Source: Candidatus Eiseniibacteriota bacterium (GTDB lineage Bacteria > Eisenbacteria > RBG-16-71-46 > CAIMUX01 > VGJL01). From it: a stretch of 64,000 nucleotides of DNA. Position 1 is the first letter of the stretch. The number at the start of each line of letters is the position of its first letter. The position numbers were made by a program, and so were the translations under genes. The notes below the pieces were generated by a model. The model was not told where the DNA came from and ran no database searches. It saw only the letters and a program-made list of their open reading frames with translations. Positions 30,676-44,675 of this stretch are shown piece by piece. The DNA is taken from NCBI GenBank assembly GCA_041946735.1, contig JBHGAY010000001.1:96001-160000 (forward strand), read 5' to 3'.

Positions 30676-32025
30676 TTGAGCCGTTTGGGGATCAGCTACA
30701 CCGAACTGCTGCGGTACCACCTACCCTCCGAGATCCTCACCGCGCAAGAAAGACGCGAAATCGACGCCGCCCTGGCGGCCGGGCAACCGGCCGAGATCGC
30801 CGCGGTGGCGCAGCGCGTCCTCGCCGCCCTGATCGGAAGGGGAGCCCTGGAGGTCCGCGAGCGCATCCCCTCCCCTCGCGGCCCGATCCTTCGCCTCTTG
30901 GAGCCCCGGTCGCGCCTTCACCTCCGCGTCCTCTTCCCCCCCGTGGAAGGACGGGAGAGTCCCGAGTCGATCCCCCTGCCCCTCGACCCCCGGCCGAGCC
31001 TGCAGCTCGATCCCGGCCTGGTGGAGCAGCTGCTCCGGGCCGGCTCCGCGCTCGTGCTGCCCGATCGCGTCTCCACCCCCCGGGAGGTCATCCAGGAGCT
31101 CGAGGGGCAGATGCGCGCCGCCCTGGGCGTCGACCGGGTCACCCTCCGGGGGATCGATCATCCTCCCGGCGAGTTCTGGCGCACCGCCGCCTCCGCCCCC
31201 CTGGGGCTTCCCGAGGAGCGCCTGCGGGAGCTGGCGCGGGCGAGAGACCACGTGCTCCACGTCCGGGACTTCGCGGCCCTCGATCCCCGGCTCGAGCCGG
31301 CCGCCGACAGCGGCAGCGCGCTCTACGTCGGCATCGGGGACGACGCGGGCGGATGGCGCGCCGTGATCGAGGCGCGGGACCGGCGCACCGGAGTGTTCGA
31401 CCGGGTCCAGGTGGCCCTGGCCCTGCTCCTCGCGGAGCATTTCCAGATGATGCTGGCGAGCGCGGTCCGCTTGCAGTCTCTGATCTTCTTCGACTTCCTG
31501 ACCGGCCTCTACAACCGCCCCTACTTCGAGGACCAGATGGAGAAGCAGGTGGCGATCGCGCAGCGGAGAAAGCAGACTCTCGCCCTCTGCATCATCGACA
31601 TCGACGGCTTCAAGAACTTCAACACGCTCTACGGATACGAAGGGGGCGACCGGGTGCTCGCCACCGTCGCCTGCATCCTGAAGGCGGCGCTGCGCACGAG
31701 CGACACGCTGGCCCGCTACGGAGGCGAGGAGTTCGTGGCGCTGCTCGCGCCTCCGGTCGCGCCCGAAGAGGCGCGGGCGATCGCCGAGCGGCTCCGCCAG
31801 GCGGTCGAAGCGGAGCCGTTCCAGGTGCAGAGCTTGAACGGCGAGTTCCTGCCGGAAAAGATCACCGTGTCGGTCGGAGGCGCGATCCATCCCGACCATG
31901 GATTCACGACGCGTGAGCTGTGGACCGCCGCGAATCGGATGCTCCTCGAAGCGAAGGCGCAGGGGAAGAACTGCGTCCGCTTCGTCGGGGACCCGCCATC
32001 GCCGCAGGAGCCACCTCGGGCTTAG
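30676..32025 (+). CDS. diguanylate cyclase (GAF-like + GGDEF)
   Basis: DFLTGLYNR, DIDGFK, I-site RTSD, RYGGEEF; TTG start at 30676 is tentative. Confidence 0.85.
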   Translation: MSRLGISYTELLRYHLPSEILTAQERREIDAALAAGQPAEIAAVAQRVLAALIGRGALEVRERIPSPRGPILRLLEPRSRLHLRVLFPPVEGRESPESIPLPLDPRPSLQLDPGLVEQLLRAGSALVLPDRVSTPREVIQELEGQMRAALGVDRVTLRGIDHPPGEFWRTAASAPLGLPEERLRELARARDHVLHVRDFAALDPRLEPAADSGSALYVGIGDDAGGWRAVIEARDRRTGVFDRVQVALALLLAEHFQMMLASAVRLQSLIFFDFLTGLYNRPYFEDQMEKQVAIAQRRKQTLALCIIDIDGFKNFNTLYGYEGGDRVLATVACILKAALRTSDTLARYGGEEFVALLAPPVAPEEARAIAERLRQAVEAEPFQVQSLNGEFLPEKITVSVGGAIHPDHGFTTRELWTAANRMLLEAKAQGKNCVRFVGDPPSPQEPPRA

Positions 32026-32038
32026 CGGCGCGGCGGCC

Positions 32039-34642
<2,604 letters not shown>

Positions 34643-34695
34643 CGTCGTCCCTCCGCGCCGCCGGGCGGAGGGAGGCGGTCCCTTCCGGCAGCCGT

Positions 34696-37600
34696 CTATC
34701 GTACGTGGGCCAGCTTCTCGATTTTCTCGAGGCGGCCCTCCGGTCCTTCCACGCTCAGCTTGTAATAGTAAAGCCCATTGGCGACCCGGTCGCCGTCCTC
34801 GTCCCGGCCGTCCCAGTAGACCGGGGGATCGCTCAACCCCTGTCGAACGGGAAGGCCGCGAAGCGTTCGGATGAGCTTGCCGCTCGTCGTATAGATCCGG
34901 ATCGACGCGGAGTGCATCGAGGCGCCGAGGTTGTAGAAGAACCAGGTCTCTTTCTCGAAGGGATTGGGCACGTTGTACAACGCCTCGATCGCGAACGCCC
35001 GATCGGTCTGGATCGTGATCGGCGTCGCCGGGAACTGCGCCCATTCCCCCTCGGGTTGCCGCACGCGCAACGCGAGGGTTCGCGGACTGCCGTTGGCGAT
35101 CGGACCGGACGCGACGAGCGTCCAGTGCCGCGCCTGTCCATCGACCGGCTCGGCGGGGATCGACTCGACCGGGAAGGCGACGCCGTCCAGGAGCATCTCG
35201 ATCGAGGCGGCGTCGAGCGTGCGAGGGGCGTCGACCACGACGCGGATCGAGTCCTCGTCGAGAACCCGCTCCCCGCCCGCGATCGAGACCCACTCCTGTC
35301 CGGGCCGGCGGATCTGGAAGGTCGCGTCGAGACGGACGGGGAACTCGAGGACCGACTCCCGGCCCGTTCCGTCCTCCGCGCGGATCACGACGGAGTAGTT
35401 CCTCGGCAGGACGGTGGTGCGGTAGCGGGCCACGAACCCGCGGTCGCCGACCGTCGTGTCGGGCACGACGACGATCCGGTCGGGCGGCACGGCGCCACCG
35501 GCGTCCTCGATCGTCAGCGAGCGCGCCCAGACCTCGTCGCGCACCGCCATCTCGAAGTCGACCGAGTCGCTGCCGGCGGGAAGGACGAGCGGAGTGCCGC
35601 TCGTGATCGGCGCGCCGTCGAGCGTGACGGCGACGCGCGGCGGCGCCGCGTCGAGGATCATCCCGGGGTCGCCGAGCATCACGTAGGTCATGCACATGCT
35701 CTGGTAGTCGGTCCCCGGCCGCGAGAGAAGGTTCGCCTTGCTCTGCGTGAACACCTCCCCCAGGACCCAGCGCGTGTGCCCGTCGGATTGCGGCGGATTG
35801 CGGAAGAAGGCGTCGGCCATCGTCGTCGCCGCCGCCTGCGTCGTGCTGATCCATTCGTAGCCGGTCGAGGCGATCGAGGCGATCGATCCCCCGGTCGGCG
35901 TGTAGAACATCATGTTCTCGCCGACGCAGTCCCCCTTGCCGAATCGCTTCTCGTCGGCGCCGGAGAACTCGTCGAGATGGCAGCCGTACCCGATGTAGAC
36001 GAAAGGACGGCCGCTGTTCCCGAGCAGGCCGATGTCGAGGAAGCTCGTCCCGTCGTTGTGCCGCAGAATGTACTCGTGCGACATCAGGCGCGCGTTCGCA
36101 TGCCCCGCATAGGTCATCAGCAGGTAGCCGCGGCTCGCGGCGGCGGCGAGGAGCGGGCGGACGACGCGGATGCCGTAGTCCCGGTTGTCCTGCTCGTTGG
36201 TCGGCTGCCCGTTCAGGATCACGCGCCCGGAGATCGGGTCCCGCATGCATCGTCCCGTGTTCTCGTCGATCACGCAGCGGCCGAGGCTCGGGACGGAGTC
36301 CATGTAGGTGTAGACGTAGAAGGAGTCGACGCCGAAGTCCGGGGCCGCGCCGTACTCCCGGAGAATCCGGCGGGTCGCCCGGGCGGAAGAGAGGAACGCG
36401 CTCTCGTAGTCGCGGAAGCGGTAGTCCTCGGAGAAGCTGATGCTCGAAGAGTACTGGTCGTCGCTCACGAGCAGCATCCGGTTGCGCCACACCTGATCGG
36501 GCGCGAAGGACGCGTAGGCGAGGAGCCGGTTCTCGATCGTCTGAAGCTGTTGCAGGCTGCCGGCCGGGAGGCGGCCGACGTGCATGTCGGGCAGGAAGTC
36601 GAGGTCCTCCCCGGTGCCGGTCAGGTTGTCGACGAACCACATGTCGGACGCGACCAGCTCGGGCCCCTGCGCGCCGTCGTAGGAGCTGGAGAAGACCGTC
36701 TGCGTGGGCACCCAGTTGCGGTCCGCCAAGACGAGGGGATTGTCGAACGCGTCGCTCGCGTCACCGACCAGCAGCAGATAGGACGGCCCCGCGCCGCCGC
36801 CGCGCCGGAACATCGCGCGCAGCATCGAGCGGATCGCGTGCGGCCAGTGGTGGCCTCCGGCGAACTGGTCGTAGACGTCCTCGATCGCCGCGGCGAGCAC
36901 GTGGTGCCCCTCCGAGGTGCGCAGGTCGATCAGCGGCTGGAGCGCTTCGAGCCACTCGCGCGGCGCGATCATCACGTAGTCCTCGCCGCCGCCGGCGAGC
37001 AGGTCGACCGGCTGCGCGAGCGCGAGCGTCTCCGGCTTGGGAACGAGAGCGGCTTCGCCCAGCGAGAAGCGGCGCGCGTTGCCGTCCAGCTCCCACTGGA
37101 GGCGCAGCTTCGGGGGACCGCCCTGCACCTGGGTCGGGTCGATCGCCAACGCGCGGGGGTGCAGCGGATCGGTGTACTCGATGCCGACCGGATCGGCCGG
37201 CGGACCGATCAGCCGCCACTCCTCGGCGCCGGTCAGGTCGGCGGTGTCGATGTCGATCCGCCCGTCGACGAACTTCGGCGCCCGGTCGTACTCGACCTCG
37301 AACCAGTCGAGCGCCGCCCCGTAGAGCGTCTCGTCCTGCAGGTGGACGAAGGCGTTGTTTCGCTCGCGCAGCGGGAGGCCGGCCAGGTCGTCCGCCGTGA
37401 AGTCGATCCGCTTCGTCCCCTGGAAGTCGATCGTGTCCGGGTTTCCGGGCAGCGCGACGCGCGGGCCGTCGCCCTGCAGGAACAGCGACACTCGGTGCTC
37501 CCAGCCGCCCGGCGGCTTCCGTGTTCCCTGCATCTGCACCGACATCGCGCGAGCCGAGACGAAGCCGGGAAGATCGAACGGCACGCTGTAGACGTTCGCT

Positions 37601-38976
37601 TCCTCGCCCCCCTGGTTCGTGTACGGATCGCCGCCGAGCCAGTAGGCGTGCTTCGAGCGGACCGCCGCCACGCCGCGTCCGATCTGTCCCTCGAGGTCGA
37701 TCGAGTTGCTCGACCCGGCTCCCATCTTGCCGTAGACCTCCGCCTCCTTCTCGAAATGCTCGCGCCAGGGAGAGGAGACGACAGGGTTCAGATCCTCGCG
37801 GCCGAGCCACGTCGATGCGGACTCCATGCGGGCGTTGTCGCCCCCCGGACGGAGCGCAAGCCAGTAGACGTGGCGGCGCCCGTAGCGCTTGAGATGCCAG
37901 GGGGCCTCCGGATAACGGTCGTAAAGGATCTGGGCGTAGAAGAACAGCTCGTCCCCCGCGCTCCAGGTGCCCGAGCCGTCGTTGTCGCGCAGGAGAACGG
38001 GGATCTCGGTTTCCTGCGCGAGCGGGTCGCTCGCGTCATCGCTGTCGTAGAGGACGTCGTAGAGCCGGAGGTCGGCGAGCGGAGCGCCGGCGCCGCTCCA
38101 TCCCAGCGGGGCGACGTCGTCGTAGGCGATCCGGCGCAGCCCGCTCGACATCACCTCGATCTTGACCTCGTCGCCTTCGGCGCCGGGACGGCGCGCGGCG
38201 GGCGCGACCGCACGGGGCGCTCTCGCCCAGGCCCGCGCCTCGCGCGCGTTGACGAGGAGCGCGTCGTAGGTCCGTTCCCAGGAGGGATCGTCCGCGCTCA
38301 CGGGGACCAAAGACGCCCCGCGCGCCCCGCTGCGCGGAGCCGGGCCGGGGACGAAGGAGACGTGCACGCGGACGCGTCGCGCGACCCGCAGGACGCCGCC
38401 CGAGGGATCCCATCGGGCCGGAAAGATCGTGACCGGCACGGCGCGCAGGTAGCGCATCCCCGCCTCGCGCCCGGCGACGGCTGTGGCGGGCGGGAAGGGC
38501 GAGCGGTACGCCTCCTCCGACTCCTCGAGGGATTGGGAGTAGACCGCCTCCCCCGTCGGCCCTGTGTCCCAGCGAGGCGTCGGGACCGGCATCGGGCGGA
38601 TGCCGTCCCACTCGTCCTCCTCGAGCGGCTGGGCGTCGACCTGCACGCTCGCTCCAGGAGGCACGCCGACCCAGAAGCTGAGCGCCGGAAGCGCCGGGAC
38701 GCCGTATTCCGCGGCGGGGACGCCACCGTCGATCCGGATCTCGTGGTATCCGGGGTGGTCCGGGTCGGCGAGGACCGAAGCGGGCGGAATCTCCATCTCC
38801 GCCTCGAGCCCCCGTTCACTGGAAGAGAGGATCTGGATGCCGGGGGCGGCCCGGCAGACGCCGGCGAACAGGGTGAGGATAGCGAACAGAACGGCCAGTC
38901 GAACCGAAACGCGGCCAACGCCTCTCAGCGTTGCGCCTCTCTCTCCACCGTCTCCCGGCACGCGAAGCATCCGCAT
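34696..38976 (-). CDS. C25-family (gingipain/PorU-like) cysteine peptidase with C-terminal FlgD-like/T9SS-type domain
   Basis: Signal, propeptide, YVMIAP, YLLLVGD, VGRLPA, catalytic GH(AN) and GC(H), Y.MLGDP, PNPF...IYT.SGKLIR...WDGRD..G...ANGLYYYK; start uncertain. Confidence 0.82.
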   Translation of the reverse strand: MRMLRVPGDGGERGATLRGVGRVSVRLAVLFAILTLFAGVCRAAPGIQILSSSERGLEAEMEIPPASVLADPDHPGYHEIRIDGGVPAAEYGVPALPALSFWVGVPPGASVQVDAQPLEEDEWDGIRPMPVPTPRWDTGPTGEAVYSQSLEESEEAYRSPFPPATAVAGREAGMRYLRAVPVTIFPARWDPSGGVLRVARRVRVHVSFVPGPAPRSGARGASLVPVSADDPSWERTYDALLVNAREARAWARAPRAVAPAARRPGAEGDEVKIEVMSSGLRRIAYDDVAPLGWSGAGAPLADLRLYDVLYDSDDASDPLAQETEIPVLLRDNDGSGTWSAGDELFFYAQILYDRYPEAPWHLKRYGRRHVYWLALRPGGDNARMESASTWLGREDLNPVVSSPWREHFEKEAEVYGKMGAGSSNSIDLEGQIGRGVAAVRSKHAYWLGGDPYTNQGGEEANVYSVPFDLPGFVSARAMSVQMQGTRKPPGGWEHRVSLFLQGDGPRVALPGNPDTIDFQGTKRIDFTADDLAGLPLRERNNAFVHLQDETLYGAALDWFEVEYDRAPKFVDGRIDIDTADLTGAEEWRLIGPPADPVGIEYTDPLHPRALAIDPTQVQGGPPKLRLQWELDGNARRFSLGEAALVPKPETLALAQPVDLLAGGGEDYVMIAPREWLEALQPLIDLRTSEGHHVLAAAIEDVYDQFAGGHHWPHAIRSMLRAMFRRGGGAGPSYLLLVGDASDAFDNPLVLADRNWVPTQTVFSSSYDGAQGPELVASDMWFVDNLTGTGEDLDFLPDMHVGRLPAGSLQQLQTIENRLLAYASFAPDQVWRNRMLLVSDDQYSSSISFSEDYRFRDYESAFLSSARATRRILREYGAAPDFGVDSFYVYTYMDSVPSLGRCVIDENTGRCMRDPISGRVILNGQPTNEQDNRDYGIRVVRPLLAAAASRGYLLMTYAGHANARLMSHEYILRHNDGTSFLDIGLLGNSGRPFVYIGYGCHLDEFSGADEKRFGKGDCVGENMMFYTPTGGSIASIASTGYEWISTTQAAATTMADAFFRNPPQSDGHTRWVLGEVFTQSKANLLSRPGTDYQSMCMTYVMLGDPGMILDAAPPRVAVTLDGAPITSGTPLVLPAGSDSVDFEMAVRDEVWARSLTIEDAGGAVPPDRIVVVPDTTVGDRGFVARYRTTVLPRNYSVVIRAEDGTGRESVLEFPVRLDATFQIRRPGQEWVSIAGGERVLDEDSIRVVVDAPRTLDAASIEMLLDGVAFPVESIPAEPVDGQARHWTLVASGPIANGSPRTLALRVRQPEGEWAQFPATPITIQTDRAFAIEALYNVPNPFEKETWFFYNLGASMHSASIRIYTTSGKLIRTLRGLPVRQGLSDPPVYWDGRDEDGDRVANGLYYYKLSVEGPEGRLEKIEKLAHVR

Positions 38977-39254
38977 TGCCTCCGCAGATAGTCCCAGGGA
39001 TAGATCCCGGTACTATGCCCATCGCCCCACACGATCTGGATCGCGTACCGCCCGACCGGCGTGATCCGCACGATCCGGTTCGATTGCTCCGAGTTCCCGC
39101 CATGGGAGCGGAGCCGTCCTTCCTGATGCTCGGGACCGCGGCAATCGGCGCAGGGACAGCTGCGCCTCAGTTCCTCGAACGCGTAGCGGGTCTGATGTCC
39201 GTCGGGCCAGTCGATCAACAATCCGTCGTCCATGACTGCGATCTTCGGGTCCAT
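38925..39254 (-). CDS. DUF971 (GBBH N-terminal-like) protein
   Basis: IDWPDGH, LRRSCPCADC, VGRYAIQIVWGDGHSTGIYPWDYLR. Confidence 0.85.
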   Translation of the reverse strand: MDPKIAVMDDGLLIDWPDGHQTRYAFEELRRSCPCADCRGPEHQEGRLRSHGGNSEQSNRIVRITPVGRYAIQIVWGDGHSTGIYPWDYLRRQCGCFACRETVEREAQR

Positions 39255-39392
39255 CGATACGCTCCTTCGGTTCGTGATGGTCCCCCCGCCCATGCCGAAT
39301 GATCGCATCCCCGCCGGAAGGGGGTCAACGACGGCGCCCGGGCGGAGCGGCGCCCCGAGCTTCTCCGTGGTCGCAGTCAGTCCCCGCAGCGA

Positions 39393-41309
39393 TCACGATC
39401 CCTCGACCCTGCCCCTCGCGAGAAAGACTTTGCTGTCGAACGGCATCGAGTGGATCGCCTGCCGGTCGACCCACACCTCCGCCGTGGCCTGGGAGGCCAG
39501 GATCGAATCCACCTCCCTGCGCTCGCGCTCCTCGAGGATCGACCGCAGCAGCTCCCCTCGGGCGTCCTCGAACGTGCGCGCGTGGGCCGGAGAGATCTCG
39601 TCGACACGCGCGACCGTGAACCCGCCTCGATCCGCGACCGGCTCGCTGACCTCGCCGGCTTTCAGCGAGAAGACGACCGGGTCGTAGACGGACTGGCGGC
39701 GAGGCACCAGGCCATACCCGCTATCGGGGGTGACGCTGATCGTCAGGCCGGGACCGCGCAGCTCCTGGGCGATCTCCACCGGGCCCCGCCCCTCGCGCAG
39801 GGCGGCCGCCGCCTTCGCGGCCAGGTCGGTCGTCGGGAGATTGATCATCACGTAGCGCCGGCGCTCCGGCAGCGAGTGCAGGCTCGGGGTTCGGGCCCAG
39901 AGGGAAAGCAGCTCCTCCTCGGTCGGAGTGATCTTCGGGAGGATTCGCTCCCGCCGGTAGGCGCGCCACTGCACCCAGCGCCGGAAGTTGAGAAGCTGTC
40001 GCACCACCTCGGGCCGCTTGTCGATTCCGCGGTGGAAGGCCTCCCGGACCTGCACCCGGTAATACATCGCCTCGTCGCATAGATCGATCACGTTCTGCCG
40101 GTCCTGGAAGAGGGGCCAGACCAGCGTCGGCTTGAACACCAGCTGGTCGATCACCCCGAGAGCCGTCAACGTGTCGCCGTCGATCCAGGCGACCGGGCGG
40201 GCCGCCTCCTCTCCCTGCAGGGGCGCCTCCGACCAGAAGGGCCCCTCGTGCGGATCGCCGAGCCGGACCTCGGACTTGTCGAGCTTCGGGTCATAGGTGC
40301 GCCGGGCGCTCGCCGTCTCGCGCTCGAGGAAGGCTCGCAACCACTCGGCCGCCTCATCGTCCCATCCGAAGCCGTACCGGGCCATCAGATCGTCATGCAT
40401 CTCGCGCCCCACGCGGCCGAGCTCCAGCATCGCCAGGGAGCGGAGGATCGTGTCGCGCGACTCCTCGAAGGCCGGGACCGTTTCGACGGGCCGCTCGCCG
40501 AGGATCTTGTAGAGGACGTGGAAGTTGGGCTCGGGGAGCACCGGGGAGACAGCGCCGGACGGCAGATTCCAGAGGGCGCGCTGATGGGACAGCGGGAGCT
40601 TCGTCGCAGGAACCCAGCCGAGATCGCCGCCCATGCCCGCGGTTCGCAGGTCCTTCGAGAAGCGGCGCGCCACGGCGCCGAACTGCGCGCCGTTCGCGAG
40701 CGCCGTCTGAACCGAATCGATGTCGACGAGCGTCGGCACCTTGATCACGGCGAGGTGAAGCTCGCGCCCCAGGCGCTCGTGGATCTCGCGCAGCGTCGCG
40801 TCGTCGGTCGGCATGTAGTCGAGCAGCAGCTCCTCGCGAAGCGTGGATTGCAGGAGCATGTCGCGATTCATCTCGATCGAGTAGCGGTCGCCGCCGCTGA
40901 AGACCGAGGTGTCGGGGAGGATCGCGGCGTGAAGGCGGATCGTGCGTAGGTAGCCCCGCAGGAAGCGTTCCACGCTCGCCGAGTCGGGCTGCAGCGTGGA
41001 GGTGTCGGCCTTCGCCTCGTAGTGGAAGTCCCGGGAGAACTCGTCGAGCGTGACCCCGATCGGGCCGACGCGAATGACGACCGGGCTGTCCGGGGATTCC
41101 CCCGGCTTGCCTGCCTGCGCGGCCGCCTGCGCAGCGAGGAACGGCAGCGAAAGCGACAGCGGTAACGGCAGCGGGAGAAGCGGCACGAGGAGCGCCAGCG
41201 ACAGGAGCAGCGGCAGCGGCGGCCGCAGCGGCGGCGCGGCGAGAGTCGAGCGGCGGAAGCGCCGAGCCGCGGCCCGGCCTGCATTGCGGGCTTCCGGGGG
41301 CTCTGTTAG
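39393..41309 (-). CDS. exported parvulin-type peptidyl-prolyl isomerase (SurA/PrsA/PpiD-like); 5' end unresolved
   Basis: FGAVARRFSKD...GGDLGW, GAVSPV, GEVSEPV; Leu/Pro-rich signal region; first in-frame GTG at 41186, ATG at 41426 would overlap the divergent gene. Confidence 0.72.
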   Translation of the reverse strand, partial: LTEPPEARNAGRAAARRFRRSTLAAPPLRPPLPLLLSLALLVPLLPLPLPLSLSLPFLAAQAAAQAGKPGESPDSPVVIRVGPIGVTLDEFSRDFHYEAKADTSTLQPDSASVERFLRGYLRTIRLHAAILPDTSVFSGGDRYSIEMNRDMLLQSTLREELLLDYMPTDDATLREIHERLGRELHLAVIKVPTLVDIDSVQTALANGAQFGAVARRFSKDLRTAGMGGDLGWVPATKLPLSHQRALWNLPSGAVSPVLPEPNFHVLYKILGERPVETVPAFEESRDTILRSLAMLELGRVGREMHDDLMARYGFGWDDEAAEWLRAFLERETASARRTYDPKLDKSEVRLGDPHEGPFWSEAPLQGEEAARPVAWIDGDTLTALGVIDQLVFKPTLVWPLFQDRQNVIDLCDEAMYYRVQVREAFHRGIDKRPEVVRQLLNFRRWVQWRAYRRERILPKITPTEEELLSLWARTPSLHSLPERRRYVMINLPTTDLAAKAAAALREGRGPVEIAQELRGPGLTISVTPDSGYGLVPRRQSVYDPVVFSLKAGEVSEPVADRGGFTVARVDEISPAHARTFEDARGELLRSILEERERREVDSILASQATAEVWVDRQAIHSMPFDSKVFLARGRVEGS

Positions 41310-41400
41310 AGTGCGGTCCTGATGTCCGTCCCCGGGAATCGCCAGACTCGGAGAGCAGGCGGCCGGGGACAGGAGGGACCCGGGCGGACACGGAGTATGG

Positions 41401-42156
41401 ATGCCGCGATCGGATAGTCTTTCCATCTTCTTCCCTGCCTACAACGACTGGGGCACCATCGCGAGTATGGTGGTCCTTGCCCACAGGGTCGCCGCCCGGC
41501 TGACGGACGACTTCGAGGTCCTCGTCGTAAACGACGCGAGCCCCGACCACCTCTCGGAGATCCTAGACGAACTGGCGCCCCGCTTTCCCCGCCTGCGCGT
41601 CGTCACGCACGAGACGAACCGGGGCTACGGCGGCGCCCTCCGCAGCGGGTTCGCCGCATGCTCCAAGACGTTCCTCTTCTACACGGACGGCGATGCCCAG
41701 TACGACGTGCGGGAGTTGGAGAAGCTCTGGGAGCAGCGCGACGCGGCCGATCTGGTCAACGGCTACAAGATCCGGCGCTCCGACCCCTGGTACCGTGCCG
41801 TCATCGGGCGACTGTACCACCATTTCGTGCGTTTCTGGTTCCGGATCCCGATCCGGGACGTCGACTGCGACTTCCGGCTGATCCGCACGGAGGCGCTACG
41901 GGGCGTCCCGCTGACGCAGGACAGCGGCCTGATTTGCGTCGAGCTGCTGACGAAGTGCACCCGTGCGGGCTTTCGGATCCGGGAGGTGCCGGTTCACCAT
42001 TATCATCGGATGCACGGGAAGAGCCAGTTCTTCAACTTCGCGCGTGTCGCCAAGGTGTTCGCCGGCATGGCGGGGCTCTGGTGGTCGATCTTCGTGAAGA
42101 GGAGCAAGCAGCCGGCCGCCGGCGCGGCCGGACGGAAGGAGGCGGGGGGTGGCTGA
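41401..42156 (+). CDS. GT2 polyprenol-phosphate glycosyltransferase (ArnC/DPM1-like)
   Basis: FFPAYND, VNDASPD, NRGYGGALRSG, TDGDAQYD, DVDCDFRL. Confidence 0.88.
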   Translation: MPRSDSLSIFFPAYNDWGTIASMVVLAHRVAARLTDDFEVLVVNDASPDHLSEILDELAPRFPRLRVVTHETNRGYGGALRSGFAACSKTFLFYTDGDAQYDVRELEKLWEQRDAADLVNGYKIRRSDPWYRAVIGRLYHHFVRFWFRIPIRDVDCDFRLIRTEALRGVPLTQDSGLICVELLTKCTRAGFRIREVPVHHYHRMHGKSQFFNFARVAKVFAGMAGLWWSIFVKRSKQPAAGAAGRKEAGGG

Positions 42157-43189
42157 GCGGCCGGGCGCCAAGGGGCCGGTGGCGGAGGGGATCACCGGCT
42201 ACGAAGGGCGCGACGTCCTCGTGACCGGCGGGCTCGGCTTCCTCGGATCGAACCTGTGCCGCGCGTTGGTCGAGCTTGGCGCGCGCGTCACGGTCGTCGA
42301 CTCCCTGCTTCCCGAGTACGGCGGGAACCTCTGGAACGTGCACGGGATCGAGGACCGGATCCAGGTGAACATCGCCGACGTGCGCGACGTCCACTCGATG
42401 CGCTATCTCGTGCGCGGCCGCGAGGTGATCCTGAATCTCGCCGGCCAGGTGAGCCACATCGACAGCATGCGCGATCCGTATACCGACCTCGAGATCAACT
42501 GCCGCAGCCAGCTCTCGCTGCTCGAGGCGTGCCGCGAGAGCAACCGGGACGCAAAGATCGTCTATGCCGGAACGCGGCAGCAGTACGGCCGGCCGCGCTA
42601 CCTCCCGGTCGACGAGAACCACCTCGTGCAGCCGACCGACGTCAACGGAATCAACAAGACGGCCGGCGAGTGGTACCACATCCTCTACGCGAACGTCTAT
42701 GGAATGCGGACGACGAGCCTGCGATTGACCAACTGCTACGGTCCGGGGATGCTGCTGAAGCACGGCCGGCAGGGGTTCATCCCCTGGTTCGTGCGGAAGG
42801 TCCTCTTCGGCGAGGAGATCGAGATCTTCGGCACCGGGGAGCAACGACGCGACATGACCTACGTCGACGACGTGGTTCGGGCGTTCCTGCTCGCGGGGGC
42901 GACCGAGGAGACGAACGGAGAGGTGTACAACCTCGGCGGCCTCGACGTCGTGAGCCTGAAGGAGTTCGTCGAGATCCTGATCGAGGTCGCCGGATCGGGA
43001 AGCTACCGGATCGTCCCGTTCCCGGAGGAGGGAAAGAAGATCGACATCGGCGACTACTACGGCGCGTACGACAAGATCCGGTCCGCCGTCGGATGGCAGC
43101 CGCGGGTCGGCCTGCGGGAAGGCCTCGCCGCCACCCTCGACTACTACCGGCGCCACCTTCGCCACTACGTGCCGGAGACCGCCTCGTGA
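42149..43189 (+). CDS. NAD-dependent nucleotide-sugar epimerase/dehydratase
   Basis: TGGLGFLGSNL, LAGQVSHIDSM, RLTNCYGP, RDMTYVDD. Confidence 0.88.
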   Translation: MAERPGAKGPVAEGITGYEGRDVLVTGGLGFLGSNLCRALVELGARVTVVDSLLPEYGGNLWNVHGIEDRIQVNIADVRDVHSMRYLVRGREVILNLAGQVSHIDSMRDPYTDLEINCRSQLSLLEACRESNRDAKIVYAGTRQQYGRPRYLPVDENHLVQPTDVNGINKTAGEWYHILYANVYGMRTTSLRLTNCYGPGMLLKHGRQGFIPWFVRKVLFGEEIEIFGTGEQRRDMTYVDDVVRAFLLAGATEETNGEVYNLGGLDVVSLKEFVEILIEVAGSGSYRIVPFPEEGKKIDIGDYYGAYDKIRSAVGWQPRVGLREGLAATLDYYRRHLRHYVPETAS

Positions 43190-44307
43190 GCGGCGCCGAC
43201 CGCGTCCCTATCTGCGATTTGACAGCGCAGTACGCGACGATCCGCGAGGAGGTCGACGCGGCGATCGCGCGGGTCGTCTCGCGCGGATGGTTCATCCTCG
43301 GCTCGGAGCTGCAGGCGTTCGAGGAGGCGTTCGCCTCCTTCTGCGGCGCGCGGTTCGCGATCGGCGTCGGCTCGGGGACGGAGGCGCTCCACCTTGCGTT
43401 GATCGCGACCGGCGCCGGCCCGGGCAAGGAGGTCGTCACCGTCGCGAACACGGCGGTTCCGACCCTGTCGGCGATCTCGTTCACCGGCGCGCGCCCCGTC
43501 CTCTGTGACGTCGAGCCGCGCACGGCGACGCTCGATCCCGGCCGGCTCGGACCGCTGCTGAGCGAGCGAACCGCGGCGGTCGTCCCGGTGCATCTCTACG
43601 GGCAGTGCGCCGACATCGACGCGATCCGCGCTCTCTGCGATCCGCTCGGCATCCCGGTCGTCGAAGACGCCGCCCAGGCGCACGGGGCGCTCTACCACGG
43701 GCGGCGCGCCGGGACGCTCGGCCGCGCCGCGGCCTTCAGCTTCTACCCGTCGAAGAATCTCGGAGCCTACGGCGACGCCGGGCTGATCACGACCGACGAC
43801 GAGGAACTGGCGGGCCGGCTCCGCCAGCTCCGCAACTACGGCGAGCGCGACCGCTATCATCACGACGTGGTCGGCTTCAACTCGAGGATGGACGAGATCC
43901 AGGCGGCGATCCTCCGGGCGAAGCTCCCCCATCTCGAGGGCTGGAACGCCGAACGGAGGCGGCTGCACGGCCGCTACGTGCGCGCGCTGGAGGGGCTCCC
44001 GATCGGCTGGAACGAGGAGACGGAGGGGCGCGAGCACATGCGTCACCTCTCGGTCGCGATCGTCGACCGGCGGGACGAGTTCCGGGCGCATCTGGCGGAG
44101 CGCGGGATCCAGACGCAGATCCACTACCCGGTGCCGATCCACGAGCAGCTCGCCTACCGCAGCCTCGGCTACCGGGCGGGAGACTTTCCGGTCAGCGAGT
44201 CGCTCGCGTCGCGGATCGTCAGCCTCCCGCTCTATCCGGAGATGGGCGAGGCGTCGCAGGACCGCGTCATCGAGGAGATCCGGAGATGGTTGCAGCGGAC
44301 CGCCTGA
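43186..44307 (+). CDS. DegT/DnrJ/EryC1/StrS sugar aminotransferase
   Basis: SGTEAL, PVHLYGQ, EDAAQAHGA, SFYPSKNLGAYGDAG, NSRMDEIQAA. Confidence 0.93.
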   Translation: MSGADRVPICDLTAQYATIREEVDAAIARVVSRGWFILGSELQAFEEAFASFCGARFAIGVGSGTEALHLALIATGAGPGKEVVTVANTAVPTLSAISFTGARPVLCDVEPRTATLDPGRLGPLLSERTAAVVPVHLYGQCADIDAIRALCDPLGIPVVEDAAQAHGALYHGRRAGTLGRAAAFSFYPSKNLGAYGDAGLITTDDEELAGRLRQLRNYGERDRYHHDVVGFNSRMDEIQAAILRAKLPHLEGWNAERRRLHGRYVRALEGLPIGWNEETEGREHMRHLSVAIVDRRDEFRAHLAERGIQTQIHYPVPIHEQLAYRSLGYRAGDFPVSESLASRIVSLPLYPEMGEASQDRVIEEIRRWLQRTA

Positions 44308-44663
44308 CCGCGCTCGCTCTCGTCGTCGGGGCCGTCTGCCTCACCGTGACGGGCGAGACCTTCCTGAAGAGCGGGATGAACCGCGTCGGGACGGTGGAGA
44401 TGGGCGCCCTGTCCGCGGCCGCGTCGCGCGCCGCCCGCGTCCCGCAGCTCTGGATCGGCTTCGGCTTCATCGGCGCCGGCGCGATCCTCTGGCTGGCGGC
44501 GCTCTCGCGCGCCCCGCTCTCCTGGGCCTATCCGATCCTTTCGCTCGGCTACGTGCTCGTTCTCTTCTCCGCGCGCTTCATCCTCCACGAGCCGGTGAGC
44601 TGGCAGCGGTGGGCCGGCACCCTCGTGATCGTCGGCGGCCTCTGGCTCGTCTTCCGAAGCTGA
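44286..44663 (+). CDS. small EamA/SMR-type transporter, ArnE/ArnF-like flippase
   Basis: Four TM helices; WLAALSRAPLSWAYPILSLGYV, HEPVS..RW.G. Confidence 0.8.
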   Translation: MVAADRLTALALVVGAVCLTVTGETFLKSGMNRVGTVEMGALSAAASRAARVPQLWIGFGFIGAGAILWLAALSRAPLSWAYPILSLGYVLVLFSARFILHEPVSWQRWAGTLVIVGGLWLVFRS

Positions 44664-44675
44664 GGCTTGCGCTCG

